Below, one piece after another: positions 1 through 8,973 of a DNA stretch of 64,000 nt (position 1 is its first letter; every line of letters begins with the position of its first letter). The translations under genes and the position numbers were made by a program. The stretch covers positions 1-64,000 of IMG/VR virus record IMGVR_UViG_2523533505_000001, one strand, 5' to 3'. This DNA is from an uncultured virus (IMG/VR IMGVR_UViG_2523533505_000001). Lineage: Duplodnaviria > Heunggongvirae > Uroviricota > Caudoviricetes. The notes beneath the pieces were generated by a model. That model was not told the DNA's origin. It saw only the letters and a list, made by a program, of their open reading frames with translations, and searched no databases.

Positions 1-22
1 ACCCACCACCAGGAGAACCGAC

Positions 23-244
23 ATGACCACGCCCGCCGAAGAGCTGGCCAGGCTTCAGGGCCTGATCGACCGATGTGACCCCGAAGCCCTGATCGACCTT
101 CTGGACGCGCGCCGAGAGCGGACCATCGCCCGCCTGCGTACCGCCCTCGGAGATCTGCGAGCGGACACCGAGGCCCGAGCGGCGGCGCACCAGAGGCTGG
201 CCGACCGGATCGCCCGAGCGCGCCCCGCCTCGCCTGCTGTGTGA
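23..244 (+). CDS. hypothetical protein
   Basis: AGGAG RBS upstream of ATG; GC3-rich ORF. Confidence 0.7.
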   Translation: MTTPAEELARLQGLIDRCDPEALIDLLDARRERTIARLRTALGDLRADTEARAAAHQRLADRIARARPASPAV

Positions 245-289
245 GCCCCGCCCCCGCACCCCACCCCAACCCACACCACGGAGACCCAC

Positions 290-1096
290 GTGACCCCGTA
301 CTGGGAAGACCCCGACACCGGACTGCAGCTGTACTGCGGCGACATGCGGGACGTGCTCCCCGCCCTCGGCGTACAGGCCGACTGCCTCATCGTCGATCCG
401 CCCTACGCCGAAACCCGCCTCGCCTGGGACCGCTGGCCCGACGGCTGGCTGAAGGTCGCCGCCGCCCACAGCAACTCGATGTGGTGCTTCGGCAGCCAGC
501 GCATGTTCTTCGACCACCTCGACGAGTTCCGCGCCGATTGGACCCTCTCCCAGGACGTCATCGCCCACGACGGCGACGGGCCCGTGTACGGCGACGTGAA
601 CGTCGTCTGGGAGAAGCACAACGGCAGCGGCTTCGCCACCGACCGCTTCAAGCGCGTCCACGAACACGCCCTGCACTGGTACCGCGGCCCGTGGGGCAGC
701 GCGCACCAGGCCGTCCCCGTCGAGAAGTCCGGGCGCCGCGGCGGCGGTGAAGGCGGCATGCGGGCCACGGCCACGGCGCGCGAACACACCGGGAAGATCG
801 CCGCCAGGACGTGGGACGGCTCCGACGGCATCCGCTTGATGCGGTCGGTCATCAAGGTCCGCTCGATGCACGGCCGCGGCATCAACAAGACCGAGAAGCC
901 TCTCGGCATCCTCGATCCGCTGATCAGTTATGGCTGCCCGCCCGGCGGTCTGGTCGTCGATCCGATGGCGGGCTCCTGTTCGGTGCTGGAGGCCGCTCGT
1001 CTGTCGGGGCGGCCCGCGATCGGCATCGAGGTCCGTGAGGACCAGTGCGAGGCCGCTGCGCGCCGCCTGTCCGCGCTGACCCTGCCCGTCTCGTGA
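290..1096 (+). CDS. DNA methyltransferase, N6-adenine/N4-cytosine (beta class)
   Basis: DPPY catalytic motif N-terminal; TEKP and VVDPMAGSCS SAM-binding motif C-terminal; IGIE. Confidence 0.92.
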   Translation: MTPYWEDPDTGLQLYCGDMRDVLPALGVQADCLIVDPPYAETRLAWDRWPDGWLKVAAAHSNSMWCFGSQRMFFDHLDEFRADWTLSQDVIAHDGDGPVYGDVNVVWEKHNGSGFATDRFKRVHEHALHWYRGPWGSAHQAVPVEKSGRRGGGEGGMRATATAREHTGKIAARTWDGSDGIRLMRSVIKVRSMHGRGINKTEKPLGILDPLISYGCPPGGLVVDPMAGSCSVLEAARLSGRPAIGIEVREDQCEAAARRLSALTLPVS

Positions 1097-1104
1097 ACGC
1101 AGGC

Positions 1105-1135
1105 GACCCCCGCCGGGCGGAAACCGGCGGGGGCC
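1105..1135 (+). terminator. GC-rich hairpin after the methyltransferase
   Basis: CCCCCGCCGG...CCGGCGGGGG inverted repeat. Confidence 0.5.
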
Positions 1136-1201
1136 TCGCCCCGGACCCTACCCACCGCCGTGCCGTCCTTGGGGCGGCCGGCACCCACCCCTGGAGCAGC
1201 A

Positions 1202-2521
1202 ATGACCGACACCACCACCCCGCCGCCGATGGACCGTGCCGCCAAGGCTGAGGCGCTGCTGTTGCGCTTCACTGCCGAGGCCCACCGCCGCAAGTGGGAC
1301 TACGACCGTGGTCTCGACGGCGACGGCGTGCCGTTGAAGTCCGAGGCGTTCGACGCGCTGCACCGGCTGGGCGAGGAGATGCGCGTCGAGCTGGAGAAGC
1401 TGCGCGCCCTGCCCGCTTCGGTTGTTGTGCCTGCCGCAGACCGGGCCGCGCTGAGGGACCGCATCGCCGACAAGCTGGCCACCGCCGACGGCTGGCAGTG
1501 GGCCCCGGGATTCAAGGCCGAGAGCCCCGCCTGGCGTGGCTACCAGGAGCGCGCCGACATGGTGCTGGCCGAACTGCCCGCGCCCGCAGACCGGGCCGCC
1601 GTGCTGGAGGAAGCCGCCGACACCGGGTTCCACATCCGGTACGGGGCGGCCATCGACTACGCCGAGCATTACGCGGCCCTGCTGCGCCGTATGGCCGTCG
1701 AGTCTGCCGCCGTGGATCGGGTGGCCGTCGACTGGTTCGCCGCCGCACGGTTCGTGGAGGCCATGAACGAAGCCTGCGACCAGAAGCCGTGCGAGGCGTG
1801 CACGACCCGGGAGGACGTGGCGAGCGAGTTGCGGCGGGTGGCCGCCGAGACACCACCAGCCGAGACGCACGCCGAGCTTCAGGTCTGGCCCCTCCAGCGG
1901 ATCCTCACCGAAGTGCGCTGCGGCTCGCAGGACTGGCCGTGGGAGGAAGAGTGGGCCGACCTCGCCCGACGCCACGCCAAAACCGGCTACCTCGACCGAT
2001 TGGAGGAGAAGATCCGCGAGAACGGCATCACGATGCCGGTGCTGATCGGCTCAGACGGCCGGCTGTGGGACGGGCACCACCGGGTGTGCATCGCGGTCCG
2101 GCTCGGTATCGGCTACGTGCCGGTGGAGGTCGTGCCGACCGACAACGAGCAGACCAACCCGGCACCCCCAGATCTGCGGTGCACCCACTGCGGCAAGCCC
2201 GTTCGCCTCATCACCGGGACCCTGAGCAAGTGGTGGGTGCACGAGCCGGGCGGCAACACGGTCTGCCACCCCGAGCACGCGGCCGCCAGCACCCGCGCCG
2301 AGCCCGGCGCGGGTGATCCGGCGCAGTCGGGCAACGACACCACGACGCCCGTCGGCTACAGCGGCAAGGGCCGCCTCTGGTGCCTCACCTGCCCCCATCC
2401 CGCCGACGAAGACCTCCCCGTCACCATCGCCGTCGTGCAAGTCGGGGAGCTGTGTGCGGGCTGCGGGCGGGACGTCGTCGAGATCGCGCGCGCCACCGAG
2501 CAGCAGCCCAAGGAGGTCTGA
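1202..2521 (+). CDS. mosaic phage protein with internal ParB/Srx-like domain
   Basis: IRENGITMPVLIGSDGRLWDGHHRVCIAVRLG motif; several CxxC; GGAG RBS. Confidence 0.75.
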   Translation: MTDTTTPPPMDRAAKAEALLLRFTAEAHRRKWDYDRGLDGDGVPLKSEAFDALHRLGEEMRVELEKLRALPASVVVPAADRAALRDRIADKLATADGWQWAPGFKAESPAWRGYQERADMVLAELPAPADRAAVLEEAADTGFHIRYGAAIDYAEHYAALLRRMAVESAAVDRVAVDWFAAARFVEAMNEACDQKPCEACTTREDVASELRRVAAETPPAETHAELQVWPLQRILTEVRCGSQDWPWEEEWADLARRHAKTGYLDRLEEKIRENGITMPVLIGSDGRLWDGHHRVCIAVRLGIGYVPVEVVPTDNEQTNPAPPDLRCTHCGKPVRLITGTLSKWWVHEPGGNTVCHPEHAAASTRAEPGAGDPAQSGNDTTTPVGYSGKGRLWCLTCPHPADEDLPVTIAVVQVGELCAGCGRDVVEIARATEQQPKEV

Positions 2522-2523
2522 CC

Positions 2524-2814
2524 GTGGCCTGGTTCCTGTACGCCGCGATCCTGGCCGCCGGGTACGCCCTCGGCCGCGCCCGGCTCGGGCACCGCGCTTC
2601 CGACTGGGCGAACTGGCGGCTCCACGACCGGTCCATCCGCCGTCACAGCGTCCGCTGGTGGGCTAGGTGGACTGTCCTGTCCGCCGAGAACATCGGCTGG
2701 CTGCTCGCCCACCCCGTCCAGGGCTGGCACGCGTGGAAGCACCGAAACGACCCGCCGCCGCCCCGGAGTCCGGCGCCGAAGATCCGGCGGATCGGCGAGG
2801 AGAAGCCGTCATGA
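2524..2814 (+). CDS. hypothetical membrane protein
   Basis: AAGGAGG RBS, GTG start, hydrophobic N-terminus. Confidence 0.7.
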   Translation: MAWFLYAAILAAGYALGRARLGHRASDWANWRLHDRSIRRHSVRWWARWTVLSAENIGWLLAHPVQGWHAWKHRNDPPPPRSPAPKIRRIGEEKPS

Positions 2815-2972
2815 AGGCCGCCGTACAGCCTGCCGATCACGACGTCGACGACTGGCTCGACGCCCTCGACAAGAACCCCGACCTACGCCTCCGCGACCTC
2901 AAAGGCCAGGGCGTCCCCACCATCGACCTCTACACCATGACCGACATCGAACCCGCAGGGGACTACCTGTGA
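2811..2972 (+). CDS. hypothetical protein
   Basis: ATGA overlap with upstream gene; GAGGAG RBS. Confidence 0.6.
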   Translation: MKAAVQPADHDVDDWLDALDKNPDLRLRDLKGQGVPTIDLYTMTDIEPAGDYL

Positions 2973-3006
2973 CTCAGCCCAGCGCCATGGCCGGGACAGA
3001 CGGCAC

Positions 3007-3153
3007 GTGAGCGGACCACCCGCCTGGATTGCGTGCGCGCTGGCCATCTCCCTGGCCGCCATCCCCATCTTCCTGACCGCGGCCGTGGTGTCCGCGCTCA
3101 TCGACCGCACAGCGACCAAAGCGACCGAACTCGGAAGGACCCCCAGCCAGTGA
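3007..3153 (+). CDS. small single-TM protein (48 aa)
   Basis: Own translation: VSGPPAWIACALAISLAAIPIFLTAAVVSALIDR...; stop overlaps next GTG. Confidence 0.55.
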   Translation: MSGPPAWIACALAISLAAIPIFLTAAVVSALIDRTATKATELGRTPSQ

Positions 3154-3821
3154 CCGATCAGACCCCGGAGGAGCAGCTGGAGCACTGGCGCCGTGAACTC
3201 GCCCGCGTCCTCAAAGCCGCCCCCGAACTGACCTGGGCCAACCTCATCGACTGGGCCGAGGAAGCCGAGCACTTCGCCCTCAAGGCATGCACCAAGTCCG
3301 GCCGGGCCCGCCTCGCCAGCCTGGAGAAGATCACCGACAAGGTCGAGGCGGAAGTCGCCCGCCTGACCCGCGAACTCGAGCAGGCCCGCCGGGTGAAGCT
3401 CGCCGAAGCGGAGCCACGCCTGGCCGCCATGGAGAAGCTCGCCGCGTCCTGGCAGAAGGAAGCCGAACGCGCCCGCAAGGAAACCGCGATGCCGGCCGAC
3501 ATGGCGGACGTCGCCGAGATGCGGATCTGGGACGCCCTCGAGCGCCCGCTGACCATGGCGGAAGTCACCGAGCACATCAAGATCCTGCGCGGCACCCGGC
3601 ATCTCGCCGTCGAAGCCATCGAGATTGCCTCCGACACGTACAAGCACGCCAGGAAGCGCGTCACGGCCCTTCACGCGCCCGTTCAGCACATGGGCCGCAC
3701 CTGGTGCGGCGAGTGCTCCGTACGACGCCGCACCGGCCCCAAGACCGACGAGTGGGTGGCATTCATCCCCCACCCCTGCCCGACCATCGAAGCGCTCGAG
3801 AACAAGGAGCCCACCACGTGA
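3150..3821 (+). CDS. hypothetical coiled-coil protein with C-terminal Cys/His motif
   Basis: GTGA coupling; LHAP...CGEC...HPCPT tail. Confidence 0.7.
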   Translation: MTDQTPEEQLEHWRRELARVLKAAPELTWANLIDWAEEAEHFALKACTKSGRARLASLEKITDKVEAEVARLTRELEQARRVKLAEAEPRLAAMEKLAASWQKEAERARKETAMPADMADVAEMRIWDALERPLTMAEVTEHIKILRGTRHLAVEAIEIASDTYKHARKRVTALHAPVQHMGRTWCGECSVRRRTGPKTDEWVAFIPHPCPTIEALENKEPTT

Positions 3822-4201
3822 CCGTGAAACACCACCCCGAGCCGATCCTCGACGAGCACTGGCAGGGCGAAGAACTGGCCGTCGACGACACGCACCGCTA
3901 CCTGTGGCTGTGGCACGGATTCAACATCCGCCTCATCGCCGTACCCCACGACGACAACATGGGATACGACCACGGCTGGTGCTACCCCCGGGACCCCGCC
4001 GCGGTGAAGGAGGCCGTGGCCGAATGGAACCCCGACACCGAAGACGAACCCTCCGGCTGGCACAAGCGCCCCACCGTTCCCGTACGCCAGGCCCCGCACC
4101 GCGACCAGCAGCCCAACTACAACCGGCCCCGCTGCGTCCACGGCTGCTACGTCCACGACGGCTGCCGCACCATCGGCTGCCCTGACCAGGAGGGCGCGTG
4201 A
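3818..4201 (+). CDS. hypothetical protein
   Basis: AAGGAG RBS; GTGA coupling. Confidence 0.7.
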   Translation: MTVKHHPEPILDEHWQGEELAVDDTHRYLWLWHGFNIRLIAVPHDDNMGYDHGWCYPRDPAAVKEAVAEWNPDTEDEPSGWHKRPTVPVRQAPHRDQQPNYNRPRCVHGCYVHDGCRTIGCPDQEGA

Positions 4202-4428
4202 GGCTCCGGGTGTCACGGCGGGAACTTGTGGCCCGCCTGGAGGCCGTGGAGGCGAAGCTGGCGCAGTGCCCGGCGCACCGTCTCGACGGGCAGGAGGCGA
4301 TCAGCGTGGCCACGATCGGCCACCACACCTACGAAGGCCCCGGCCCCTGCCGGGCGGACATGTTCGGCGAGGCGTGCGGAGCGCACCGCGACGAGCACCA
4401 ACTGATCGACGAGGACGACCTGCCGTGA
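4198..4428 (+). CDS. hypothetical protein
   Basis: GGAGG RBS; GTGA coupling at both ends. Confidence 0.65.
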   Translation: MRLRVSRRELVARLEAVEAKLAQCPAHRLDGQEAISVATIGHHTYEGPGPCRADMFGEACGAHRDEHQLIDEDDLP

Positions 4429-4964
4429 CCACCGACCCGCTGCCCGTCGACGACGGAGCCCTCGAGCCCAGCATGGAGCAGCGCCTGGCTGACTGGCTGG
4501 CACGCGAGTATGACTACCGAGGCATCGACGAACTGGAGAAGGAGGATCCTGAGCGGGCCCGCGAGCACCGGGACGCGGCCGCCTCCCTCCTCCCGTGGAC
4601 CGCCGAGTGCCCCCGCGAGGAGCGGCGGGCCGCGTTCGGGCGCGGCTTCGACCGCGGCTTCGACAAGGGCAAGGAACGCCAGAAGGCCCGGACCGCCGCC
4701 GACATGCGGCGGATCGAGGCGGAGCTCGCCGAACTGCGGCAGGACCGCGACCCGGAAGGTCTGCGGGCTCGGATTCGTGAGCTGGAGTACGCGCTGCAGG
4801 GCTGGGACCGTTTCATGACCGGCCGCATCCGCGCCGGTGCCGCTCCGGATTGGCAAGCGCAGGCCGCCGAGTACCTCGCGCAGCTGGTCCAGGTGCAGCG
4901 CGAACTGGCGGTCCTGAAGGGCGTGCAACCGTCCCACACGCCCGGTGCCGACGGCCCGTTGTGA
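4425..4964 (+). CDS. hypothetical coiled-coil protein
   Basis: GTGA coupling; GC3 bias. Confidence 0.65.
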   Translation: MTTDPLPVDDGALEPSMEQRLADWLAREYDYRGIDELEKEDPERAREHRDAAASLLPWTAECPREERRAAFGRGFDRGFDKGKERQKARTAADMRRIEAELAELRQDRDPEGLRARIRELEYALQGWDRFMTGRIRAGAAPDWQAQAAEYLAQLVQVQRELAVLKGVQPSHTPGADGPL

Positions 4965-4967
4965 CGG

Positions 4968-6059
4968 TCAGGCCGCCGTCTCCACGCCTAACGCACCGGC
5001 GATGCCCGCCCCTGCCACGTCCACCGTGGCAGGGGCGCTGTCGTCCACGAGTCGGTCCGGGGACAGTGCCCACTGGTACACCAGCTCCGGCAGCGTCCCC
5101 GCCCCCCACAAGCCCTTCAGCGCGGCCACCTCTTCCTCCAGCTTCCGCTTCGAGACGCCGATCCGGCGGGCGATCGCGGGCTGGCTGTGGCCGGCGGCCA
5201 GGTCGCGGAGGATCTCCCGCTGGCGGCGGGTCGTGCGCACCACCGCCCCTCCGCCTTCCCCGCCGGGCCCGGACACCGTGTCCACGGGCTCCTGACGGCT
5301 ACGGCGGGGCCGCAGTTCACCGCACCACACGTCCGCGCGCCGCCACTCCCCGTCGAAGACCCGGCCGATCCACGCCGCCATCGCCCGGTCGGTGACATGC
5401 CAAGCCGAATGCGCGGGCGCTCCCTCCACCACGTAGTTGGAGATGAACGCGTGCCGCCGGTCGACGACGATCGCGCGCTCGAAGTGGCCGACCATGGTGC
5501 GGTATTCGGCGCCCTTCCCCGTCATCACCCGCGCGCCCTCCGCGGTCACCGAGTTGTCGCGGACCGTGTCCCGGTACAGCGTCCGCAGCCGCACGCCGCG
5601 GTCGAGCGCGGCGGTGTCCCGGTCGATCGCGAGCGCGAGGAGTGCGGCCGTACGGGGGCCGCCCGGCTGCGCGGCGAGGATCTCCACCTGGGCGCCGGCC
5701 ACCACATCGTCGAGGCGGGCGTTCACCGTCGCCGGGTCGTCCAGGTATTCGGCGCCGCCACCTGCCCGCCACTGGGCGCCCGCGTAGTGGGTGCCGAGCT
5801 GGTCGGCGAGCGACGGCATCGCCGACATCGTCGCCAGCCGGTCCCGGGCCTCCTCCAACTCGCGGACGGCCTTGCGCTGCAGAGCGACCTGAGGGTCCAG
5901 CACGACCGGGGTGTCCGGACTGGCCGGGTCGAACCCGATCAGCCCCCACGCCGTCAGCTCCTCGAGGACTTCCCGCTTCACATCTGTGAGCGGCTCCTGA
6001 CGGGCGATACACCCGTACGTGCGCAGCGCATCAGCCGTCAGAAACTGCCGGTCACTCAC
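4968..6059 (-). CDS. TrmB-like (PLD-fold sensor) / LuxR-HTH transcriptional regulator
   Basis: Central AQPGGPR...RGVRLRTLY...RAIVVDRRHAFI domain; C-terminal TRRQREILRDLAAGHSQPAIARRIGVSKRKL HTH; start uncertain. Confidence 0.85.
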   Translation of the reverse strand: MSDRQFLTADALRTYGCIARQEPLTDVKREVLEELTAWGLIGFDPASPDTPVVLDPQVALQRKAVRELEEARDRLATMSAMPSLADQLGTHYAGAQWRAGGGAEYLDDPATVNARLDDVVAGAQVEILAAQPGGPRTAALLALAIDRDTAALDRGVRLRTLYRDTVRDNSVTAEGARVMTGKGAEYRTMVGHFERAIVVDRRHAFISNYVVEGAPAHSAWHVTDRAMAAWIGRVFDGEWRRADVWCGELRPRRSRQEPVDTVSGPGGEGGGAVVRTTRRQREILRDLAAGHSQPAIARRIGVSKRKLEEEVAALKGLWGAGTLPELVYQWALSPDRLVDDSAPATVDVAGAGIAGALGVETAA

Positions 6060-6359
6060 TGTTCTACCTGTGGCCAAGACTTGGGTCCCCCGAGACAAGC
6101 CAGAGATCAACTGCGGTTTCCCGCACCGCGTATACACGCACGTGCGAATCGCTTGAAAGCCCTTCCACCGTACGGCAGCGTAGCCGTGGGGCGTCCCCCG
6201 ACGCTCGTACTTCACATCCTCCCCAACGCGCCCTCCGCGTCTACTGCCAGAGCCACACGACACGGACGGCACACGGGGATCGCAGCAGGATGAGAACGAC
6301 GAGAGACGGGCCAGACGCCCCTTCACCTTTTCACCCACCAGCCGACCACCGAAGGACTC

Positions 6360-6563
6360 ATGATGAAGCGACTCCGCCGTATCGCCGTCGCACTCGCCCT
6401 CGCCACAGCCGCCGGCACCGGCGCCCTCCTCGCCGACACCCTCGCCACAGCCTCGGTCGCCGACACCGCCTGGGGCGCCCCCGCCACCACCGACGCCGAG
6501 GCCGAGCCGGGCGCCCCCGACAGCCCGGTCGTCGTCACGGCCCTCGACACCGCCTGGGGCTGA
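6360..6563 (+). CDS. secreted pro-peptide with duplicated DTAWG motif
   Basis: AAGGA RBS; basic n-region and hydrophobic h-region; DTAWG at 6462-6476 and 6546-6560. Confidence 0.85.
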   Translation: MMKRLRRIAVALALATAAGTGALLADTLATASVADTAWGAPATTDAEAEPGAPDSPVVVTALDTAWG

Positions 6564-6574
6564 CACCCGCCAAC

Positions 6575-6633
6575 GTGTAGCGCGCTTGACATTGACCGGT
6601 CGAGGCGAGAGTCTATGTGTAGCGCGCTACACA
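6575..6633 (+). promoter_or_regulatory. promoter with palindromic operator
   Basis: TTGACA 6586-6591; perfect 18-bp palindrome TGTGTAGCGCGCTACACA 6616-6633; partial copy GTGTAGCGCGCT at 6575. Confidence 0.7.
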
Positions 6634-6661
6634 CGGTGGCGCTGGGGAACGGGGAACCGCC

Positions 6662-7147
6662 ATGCAGGCCACCATCGCCGACATCCGTCGAGGCGACCGC
6701 TTCACCTGGAACAACCGCGAGTGGATCGCCGTCTACGACGCCTACCCCGCCACCGCGGCCTACATCAACGACGACCGCTTCTACGTTCTCCCCGCCGTCC
6801 CCGCCACCAAGGCCAAAGAAGTCGACGGCGTCCACGAGATCACCACCGCCATCGGCGCAGACCTCGTCCTCCACACCGCCGAAGTCACCATCCACGAACG
6901 CGAGCTGCCCGTCCACACCCGGCAGGACGACGTCCGCGAGACCGCCCCGCTGGAGCACGCCGAGTCCGCCCTGACGTTCATCGTGGGCGCCCGCGAGGCC
7001 GCTCACCGGGCCGTGGAACAGCGCGACGAAGAGTTCAACGCCCGCGTCCGGCAGTTCCTCGCATCGGGCGGATCGGTCGCCGCCGTCGTGGAGAAGACCG
7101 GCCTGTCCCGCGCCCGGATCTACCAGATCCGCGACGGCCGCCGCTGA
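6662..7147 (+). CDS. protein with C-terminal HTH
   Basis: GGSVAAVVEKTGLSRARIYQIRDG HTH-like tail. Confidence 0.75.
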   Translation: MQATIADIRRGDRFTWNNREWIAVYDAYPATAAYINDDRFYVLPAVPATKAKEVDGVHEITTAIGADLVLHTAEVTIHERELPVHTRQDDVRETAPLEHAESALTFIVGAREAAHRAVEQRDEEFNARVRQFLASGGSVAAVVEKTGLSRARIYQIRDGRR

Positions 7148-7535
7148 ACGGGCGCTACGCTACTCGCAGTCGAGTCGGCTTCTCCGCGCCAGCGGAGGTG
7201 AACCATGGGCTGCCCCTGGGGCTCGACGAACCGCCGCACCCTCTCCGCGCGAGCGGAGGTAGACGGGCCCTCGGAGACGGGGGCCTTCGTCATGTCTACG
7301 CAGTTTCGATGCCGTCGCCCCGCTCCGCCCGGACTCGCGCAGATATATGCGGCCGATATCTATCCCTCTGGCTGGATTGTGGTGCAGGGTGGTGATCGCG
7401 GGATCCACTCCACCCCCGGGTGGAATCCCCTTCTCGGGCCCTGCCGCCGGTCGCCTGGCGGTGGGGCCCGCCGCACCTCCCGGCTTCCTCCCCACGGGAG
7501 GCCCTGCGGCTGCCCACCCGTCTCGGAAACACGAG

Positions 7536-7574
7536 AAGGGCCCGCCACCTGCCGAAGCAGATGACGGGCCCCTT
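7536..7574. terminator. hairpin at the convergence of two transcription units
   Basis: AAGGGCCCG...CGGGCCCCTT inverted repeat. Confidence 0.5.
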
Positions 7575-7604
7575 GCCCCCCAGGCGGATCACCCACCGTA
7601 CGCC

Positions 7605-8255
7605 TCACCCCCCATACCGGGGAAGCACCCGCGCCACACGCTCATACAGCGCCCGCGCCCGCTGCGGATCCCGGACCGTCGGCGCGGCCGCCAACGTCGG
7701 CACCAGGAACTCGGGGCCCAGCACATGCACCACCCCGTCCCACTGCGGCGCCCGCGCCTCCAGCCGGCCACCCCGTATCTGCGACCCGTGGACCACCAGA
7801 AGCGGCCACACCGCCCCCGCTGGCATCCCCAACGCCCGGGCAACGTGAGCCGCGTACGAGGCAACCGAGTTCACCTGCCCCTGCCGGTCCTCCACCCCGC
7901 AGTGCACCCGGCCCCGAAGCAGCACCGTCTCCCGTCGGGCGTGCCAGCGCTTCGTGTCCAGCACCACCACCGCCGTCCCGCACGGCGAAACCAGTACGTG
8001 GTCGAGGTTCGTGCGGGAACCGGGTAACCGCCGATCGTGCAGCACCCGCCAGCCCGAAGCCTCCAGCGGCCGGAGCATCGCCTTGGTGACGTCCTCGGCC
8101 TCCGCGCCGACCTCCCAGCGGGCCGCCTGAGCGTCCGCGCGCCGCGTGTGGGCGGTAACCCCCAGCCAGGACAGGACACGCCGCCACACACCCCGCCGGG
8201 CCCGCGCACGAATCGCCTCCGCCCGACGGGCCGCGCTGTTGTCGAACGTGGTCAC
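7605..8255 (-). CDS. NERD domain nuclease-related protein
   Basis: GAEAE...WRVLHDRRLPGSRTNLDHVLVSP...VVVLDTKRW. Confidence 0.85.
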   Translation of the reverse strand: MTTFDNSAARRAEAIRARARRGVWRRVLSWLGVTAHTRRADAQAARWEVGAEAEDVTKAMLRPLEASGWRVLHDRRLPGSRTNLDHVLVSPCGTAVVVLDTKRWHARRETVLLRGRVHCGVEDRQGQVNSVASYAAHVARALGMPAGAVWPLLVVHGSQIRGGRLEARAPQWDGVVHVLGPEFLVPTLAAAPTVRDPQRARALYERVARVLPRYGG

Positions 8256-8548
8256 CGGCCGACCCCCGTCTGCCGCAGCCACGCGCCCAACACCGCATGC
8301 AAATCAGCGACTTGCCCGCGGTCGAGCACGATGTCCTCGGAGTGCATCGACAGCCGCAGCCACGGCCACGGCGCCCCGTCCTCCGGCTCGTCGTCCCGAC
8401 CGTCACGGGTGATGTGGGAAGGGACCTGCGCCAGCTGTACCGACCAACCCTCATCGCGTGCATCCTGCGCCGACGGCAGGACGTGGGATCCCTGGTAGGC
8501 GTACGGCGGGTTGTCCTCGAGATCGAAGATGGTCGCCCAGACGCTCAC
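8252..8548 (-). CDS. hypothetical protein
   Basis: Translationally coupled at both ends. Confidence 0.7.
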   Translation of the reverse strand: MSVWATIFDLEDNPPYAYQGSHVLPSAQDARDEGWSVQLAQVPSHITRDGRDDEPEDGAPWPWLRLSMHSEDIVLDRGQVADLHAVLGAWLRQTGVGR

Positions 8549-8973
8549 CGGTCCTCACCGCCCTCGTGCGGGCCGCTGACGGGGTCCAGGCCGAGCTCCG
8601 CCCGGATACGGCCCACCCGCTCCCGGTTGTGGGTACAGCAGTCGCACAGCGCCGCCACCTCGGCGCGGAGCCGGTCCAGCTTGGCCCGCAACGCCTCGGG
8701 GTCGTCGTCCTCCTTGCGATACCCGGGCGCCAGCATCCGCTCATACCGTGGGCGCCACGCCTCACACCGCGGGCACGTCACCGCCGTGCCCTCCGGCAGA
8801 GCCCCCTGCCTCATCGACTCCCCGCACAGCCCCGGACCGGTCGCCCACTCCTCAAACGCCGGCAGCCACGAGTACACGGCCAGGTGCACGCCGTCCGGAT
8901 CATCGGAGATGATCGTGGCGCGTACGGGGCGTAGGTAGCGGCGGTCCTTGTCCAGCTCGGCCGTGTCGCTCAC
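8545..8973 (-). CDS. hypothetical Cys-containing protein
   Basis: GGAGG RBS, GTGA coupling; VTCPRC. Confidence 0.7.
   Translation of the reverse strand: MSDTAELDKDRRYLRPVRATIISDDPDGVHLAVYSWLPAFEEWATGPGLCGESMRQGALPEGTAVTCPRCEAWRPRYERMLAPGYRKEDDDPEALRAKLDRLRAEVAALCDCCTHNRERVGRIRAELGLDPVSGPHEGGEDR

Noticed and set aside
6360..6563. RiPP precursor
   Set aside because: No modifying enzyme or dedicated transporter adjacent; the Sec signal and divergent regulator fit signalling better.
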